Source: Piedraia hortae CBS 480.64 (lineage: Eukaryota). From it: 64,000 nt of DNA. The notes under the pieces were generated by a model. It worked only from the letters and a program-made list of their open reading frames with translations. It had not been told where the DNA came from and made no database searches. Below are positions 61,701 through 64,000 of the stretch, in pieces. Made by a program: the position numbers and the translations under genes. Position 1 is the first letter of the stretch, and each line of letters begins with the position of its first letter. The stretch lies in NCBI GenBank assembly GCA_010093745.1, contig MU005982.1, positions 62,001 through 126,000 of the forward strand, given 5' to 3'.

Positions 61701-63192
61701 CATTGTTCCATGCATCAGGTCCGGCATTTGCGATTGGCAGCTCAGCGTCAGCAAGTGCAAGTCGAAGCTCGGCCCGAGTCGATGTCTTGGAAAACCACGG
61801 TACTGCAACCGGCTCTGGATCATCGACTTGGATATCGTCAGACTCTTCCAGCGCACGTTGAATCTGTGCTGCACGATCGGCTTCGCCTCTTCCAGGCATC
61901 GGTGGTCTCTTGGCTTGCAATGCTTTGACGATGCTTCTGATGCTTCGCAGGAGTTCCTGTTGCCAGGCTTTCCGTACTTTAGCTGGAAATTCGACCAACA
62001 GGGCCACGAGCTTCACTGCTATTTCTTCAAAGTCGTCGTTGGGCATTGCGGCCAGAAGTTGCTCCATGACAGGCCTGACCTCTTGCCTGAAAGCCTTCTT
62101 CCAGGTTGAATCGCTACCCGTGCCTACCTCGACGTTTCCGCGCTCAATCAACTCTTTTAGGGCGTCCCAGCCGTTGAAATTCGAGAAATTGATACGACCG
62201 TTCAATCGGTAACGTAGTCCCATCAGTTCCACGTAGACGGGGTCCGACTGGTGCCGTGGGGTTCGGTGATCGTCGTGGGGACGTGCTGGCTGCTCATTGG
62301 CATCATCGGCTCTTGCTGCTGCCATGGGCTGCTGTTGAACAACCCATTCCCGGATGAGAAAGACGAGGATGAAGGCTGTGATAACGACGAGGGAAATTAC
62401 AGATCCTTCGAGAATATCGATCAAGAACCGGGACAGTCGGGGAAACGTCTTGAGGTCCAAAGACCATGACGAAAGCAGCGATTCGTGGGCAGCTTCAAAA
62501 GGGTTAGACGGCTGAGGATCCAGCACGATACCAGGGAGGCCAACTTGCTTGGTAATGTGCTTCATTATATCAGCCCTGGTGACGTTCCTGGTCCCGTTGA
62601 GCTGTTTATAGGTTTCTTGGAGTATGCTTAAGGCTGTGGTTTCGTTTGCCTGGACCGACGTAACGAACGCCTCCATCTCCGGAGACCTAAACTTCCATAA
62701 AAAGGCATCTCTTGCCCACCCAGCATCCGCGAACCAAAACATCCACCGCCAAGCCCATCTAACTAGCCACGGCAGCGTCACCAACCAGACGATCCCAACG
62801 AGCGTGGCACGACCGGCGTTGGCCAGAGCCCTCAAGCCATGGACACAGGCCTGCTTTACAAACACTCCCCAAGGGAGGCTTTCGGGCATTTGTGCATCAT
62901 ACAACTTTGTAAATCGAAAGGGAGTTTTACATAGCTCACAATACTTTTTACTAGAGTGATGGAGCCATTGCAGGAGACAGTCCTGATGCACAAACCTGAT
63001 GCTGCCGCTACACTTGCAAGGATGGAACAGCGGCTCATCCGTTGTGCCTTCCGAGCGACATATGCGGCAGGTTTCGGCCTTTTCGCTGGCGCCAGCCGTG
63101 GAGGACGTTGCCGTTCTTCGGAAGCCCATCGCTGGACCATCAAAGACGTCTTCATGGTCAGAGTCCATGTTGCCTGTCACCGCCTCCTCCAT
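58714..63192 (-). CDS. DOA10: ERAD RING-CH E3 ubiquitin ligase (Doa10/Ssm4/MARCH6)
   Basis: CRICRSEG...LFHPCKCSGSIRFVHQDCL..W....CELC; many TM segments; FIRDPDDPTFHPVR TD domain; C-terminal DEVYLVGERLHN; first ATG at 63192. Confidence 0.95.
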   Translation of the reverse strand: MEEAVTGNMDSDHEDVFDGPAMGFRRTATSSTAGASEKAETCRICRSEGTTDEPLFHPCKCSGSIRFVHQDCLLQWLHHSSKKYCELCKTPFRFTKLYDAQMPESLPWGVFVKQACVHGLRALANAGRATLVGIVWLVTLPWLVRWAWRWMFWFADAGWARDAFLWKFRSPEMEAFVTSVQANETTALSILQETYKQLNGTRNVTRADIMKHITKQVGLPGIVLDPQPSNPFEAAHESLLSSWSLDLKTFPRLSRFLIDILEGSVISLVVITAFILVFLIREWVVQQQPMAAARADDANEQPARPHDDHRTPRHQSDPVYVELMGLRYRLNGRINFSNFNGWDALKELIERGNVEVGTGSDSTWKKAFRQEVRPVMEQLLAAMPNDDFEEIAVKLVALLVEFPAKVRKAWQQELLRSIRSIVKALQAKRPPMPGRGEADRAAQIQRALEESDDIQVDDPEPVAVPWFSKTSTRAELRLALADAELPIANAGPDAWNNVKSPLGNVIIPPPKEDREAVDNAAIAELEKEMSENVPIQGHESTEEQAEVEAETVTNTDPENVAVEEDVNLEPIIPLETEAERNQDALQPRPQQSVAGRIADWFWGDLQPRTNAEAVVEEVRVDDIQQVQDAVPAPQQNEQRVDPEVLAAAQAAGIEADGIEDAEDLEGILELIGFHGPLIGLFQTSTFCTVLVTGSVFAAVGVPYTWGKFMLSAFGSPLLFFVQSPLHLLSYSVEFCADVTLFAAGWLLVLCAKLGDVLHAFILQCINVPPSVRPMWILGHSFTAAAKASKRLQGHMVAPLGSDIRDWNWGFLAVSTHAHASLRLFQAKFSGVMRIIRDIITAIVDGEFSNVWQHDWSVFRTSVDNGANEWLINPRLIFWSSEDRFLATLFGYTMLCLVAAAYVAIDRPITSSPANQMTEKLIRDTLRQAGGVFKVILIISIEMLVFPLYCGLLLDLASLPLFQDASMASRWAFANRRPYLFCFIHWFVGTGYMFHFALFVGMCRRILRRGVLWFIRDPDDPTFHPVREVLERNVLTQLRKITYSALVYGALVILCLGGVIWSTGRLFPGIFPIYWLSTEPILELPLDLLIYNILAPLLVKLLDPSEAVNRLYSWWLRRCARALRLTHFLFDNRRKDEEGHPTKYSWTSILIIDESDVEWVKDGKFVLTPSSDQYRPPKPNDAFIHRSESGEDIYIVDKNGNKNEHFAKVYIPPHFRVRLILFMVGLWLFSAAIGLSISLVPLSLGRLLLSWTFRRVNDLHAWTLGVFILSSFGYLYKNAHFLRNPIHLSFLGRIFTQTLHCLYFYTFTMILMPLLVAFIIELYFILPLETWTSKDSPSTHIIHLLNNYFLGLLYLHLATHMMTTEPYILPGEAWRRITSNGYLNPDIRLATRFIIIPVTIFGLAALILPPALTWLGLRAYTHLTGTSIPDQTWIYRYAYPLADTLVTSAVLLKDVGRAVQKWRARIKDEVYLVGERLHNFGEGRGIRTRSIHA

Positions 63193-63383
63193 TGCTACCC
63201 AACGTCCACACTGCCCACCTTTGACGACATGACGGACAAACACTCCCGAAAGGGGAAGGTGAAGCGAATGACGTAGCCGCCAAGCCCCTGTAAAAGCCTG
63301 TTTTCTTGACGCCGCGCGCGTGAGCGACACTTTTGCGCGTGTGTTTTGGAGCCGTCAATCCATTCGCGCGCTTTGCATTCAAC

Positions 63384-64000
63384 ATGGCGACGCGAGATGC
63401 CGTCGTGCACGGCTATCCCAACGGCGAGACGTACGACGTCAAGCGCCCACAGACCGCCCGACGGCGACGAACATCACAAAAGACGGGCCTTCGGTGGCTC
63501 GTGGACAAGTGTCTCAAGGTAACGGTGTGGTATTTGCTGTATGTTATCGTCTTTAATTGCCCGTCGACGCCGGCCGAGTTGTCCGAGGAGAGTTCCCGCG
63601 TGTGTCGCCACTATTTCACCGCGAGGGACGCTGTTTGGCCCCACGCGAGGCCCTACTACGACGAATATGCGGCGCCGCACGTGGCCAAAGTGCAGCCGTA
63701 CTGGGATCAGTTCCACCAGAAGGCCTACAAGCCCGGAATGGAGGCTTACGGCAAGTACGGAGCTCCCAGGGTGCAGCAGGCGCGCGCGATTGGACACAGC
63801 CAGTGGAAGAAGACGGTGAAGCCGCAGCTTCTTGTGGCTGGAAATCATGCCAGGAAACAGTTTGACGCCGTGGCCGGTCCCTACGTCAAGAAAGTACAGC
63901 CGTACTACGACTCCGCCGCCACCTCGGCCAAGGACATGTGGGAGTTGGAACTGGAGCCGGCTTACCGACGAACAGCGCCCTATGTCCAGAAGCTCCTCAC
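63384..64000 (+). CDS. 5' part of a SHE10-like fungal membrane-anchored protein (family often mis-annotated as transcription factor hoxa13)
   Basis: Open frame from ATG 63384 to the window end (absent from the ORF track); TM segment VTVWYLLYVIVF, then CP...VC...PYYDEYAAPHV. Confidence 0.75.
   Translation, partial: MATRDAVVHGYPNGETYDVKRPQTARRRRTSQKTGLRWLVDKCLKVTVWYLLYVIVFNCPSTPAELSEESSRVCRHYFTARDAVWPHARPYYDEYAAPHVAKVQPYWDQFHQKAYKPGMEAYGKYGAPRVQQARAIGHSQWKKTVKPQLLVAGNHARKQFDAVAGPYVKKVQPYYDSAATSAKDMWELELEPAYRRTAPYVQKLL

Noticed and set aside
63193..63330. N-terminal extension of DOA10 in the ORF track
   Set aside because: GTG start in the divergent promoter; the first ATG is at 63192.
1..64000. 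CRISPR array, rRNA/snRNA genes, or a Starship captain (tyrosine recombinase)
   Set aside because: No repeat-spacer array, recognisable structural-RNA signature or DUF3435-like ORF was seen.

Overview
Fungal nuclear DNA from a filamentous ascomycete with a very compact gene structure: introns of 46-54 nt with GT...CTRAY...YAG signals and head-to-head gene pairs only ~150-200 bp apart. There are two dense housekeeping islands. The first (32.2-37.1 kb) holds a PXP2/AhpD-like protein, a 4CL-like acyl-CoA ligase, RTT103 and clathrin light chain. The second (57.8-64 kb) holds MRPL31, DOA10 and a SHE10-like ORF. An isolated SCOT gene sits at 4.3-5.9 kb. Between them lie transposon graveyards containing two Ty1/Copia relics with Ty5/copia-type PBS, Ty3/Gypsy fragments, a Tad-like LINE fragment, decayed DDE transposases, and six LTR families (my labels A-F), several as solo LTRs with readable 5-bp TSDs. 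The most notable observations are: an LTR-less Gypsy gag-PR-RT-RH segment fused in frame inside a Copia integrase; an intact stand-alone Clr2 N-terminal-domain gene among TE relics; a divergent pair of PTS1 (-AKL) peroxisomal genes sharing a CCTCGG FarA-type site; a ~130-aa insertion in mL60; a spliced CACTA/Plavaka-like transposase with subterminal repeats; and an intact 4-exon orphan gene. All family calls come from motif recognition by eye; no searches were run. LTR strand labels give relative orientation only.
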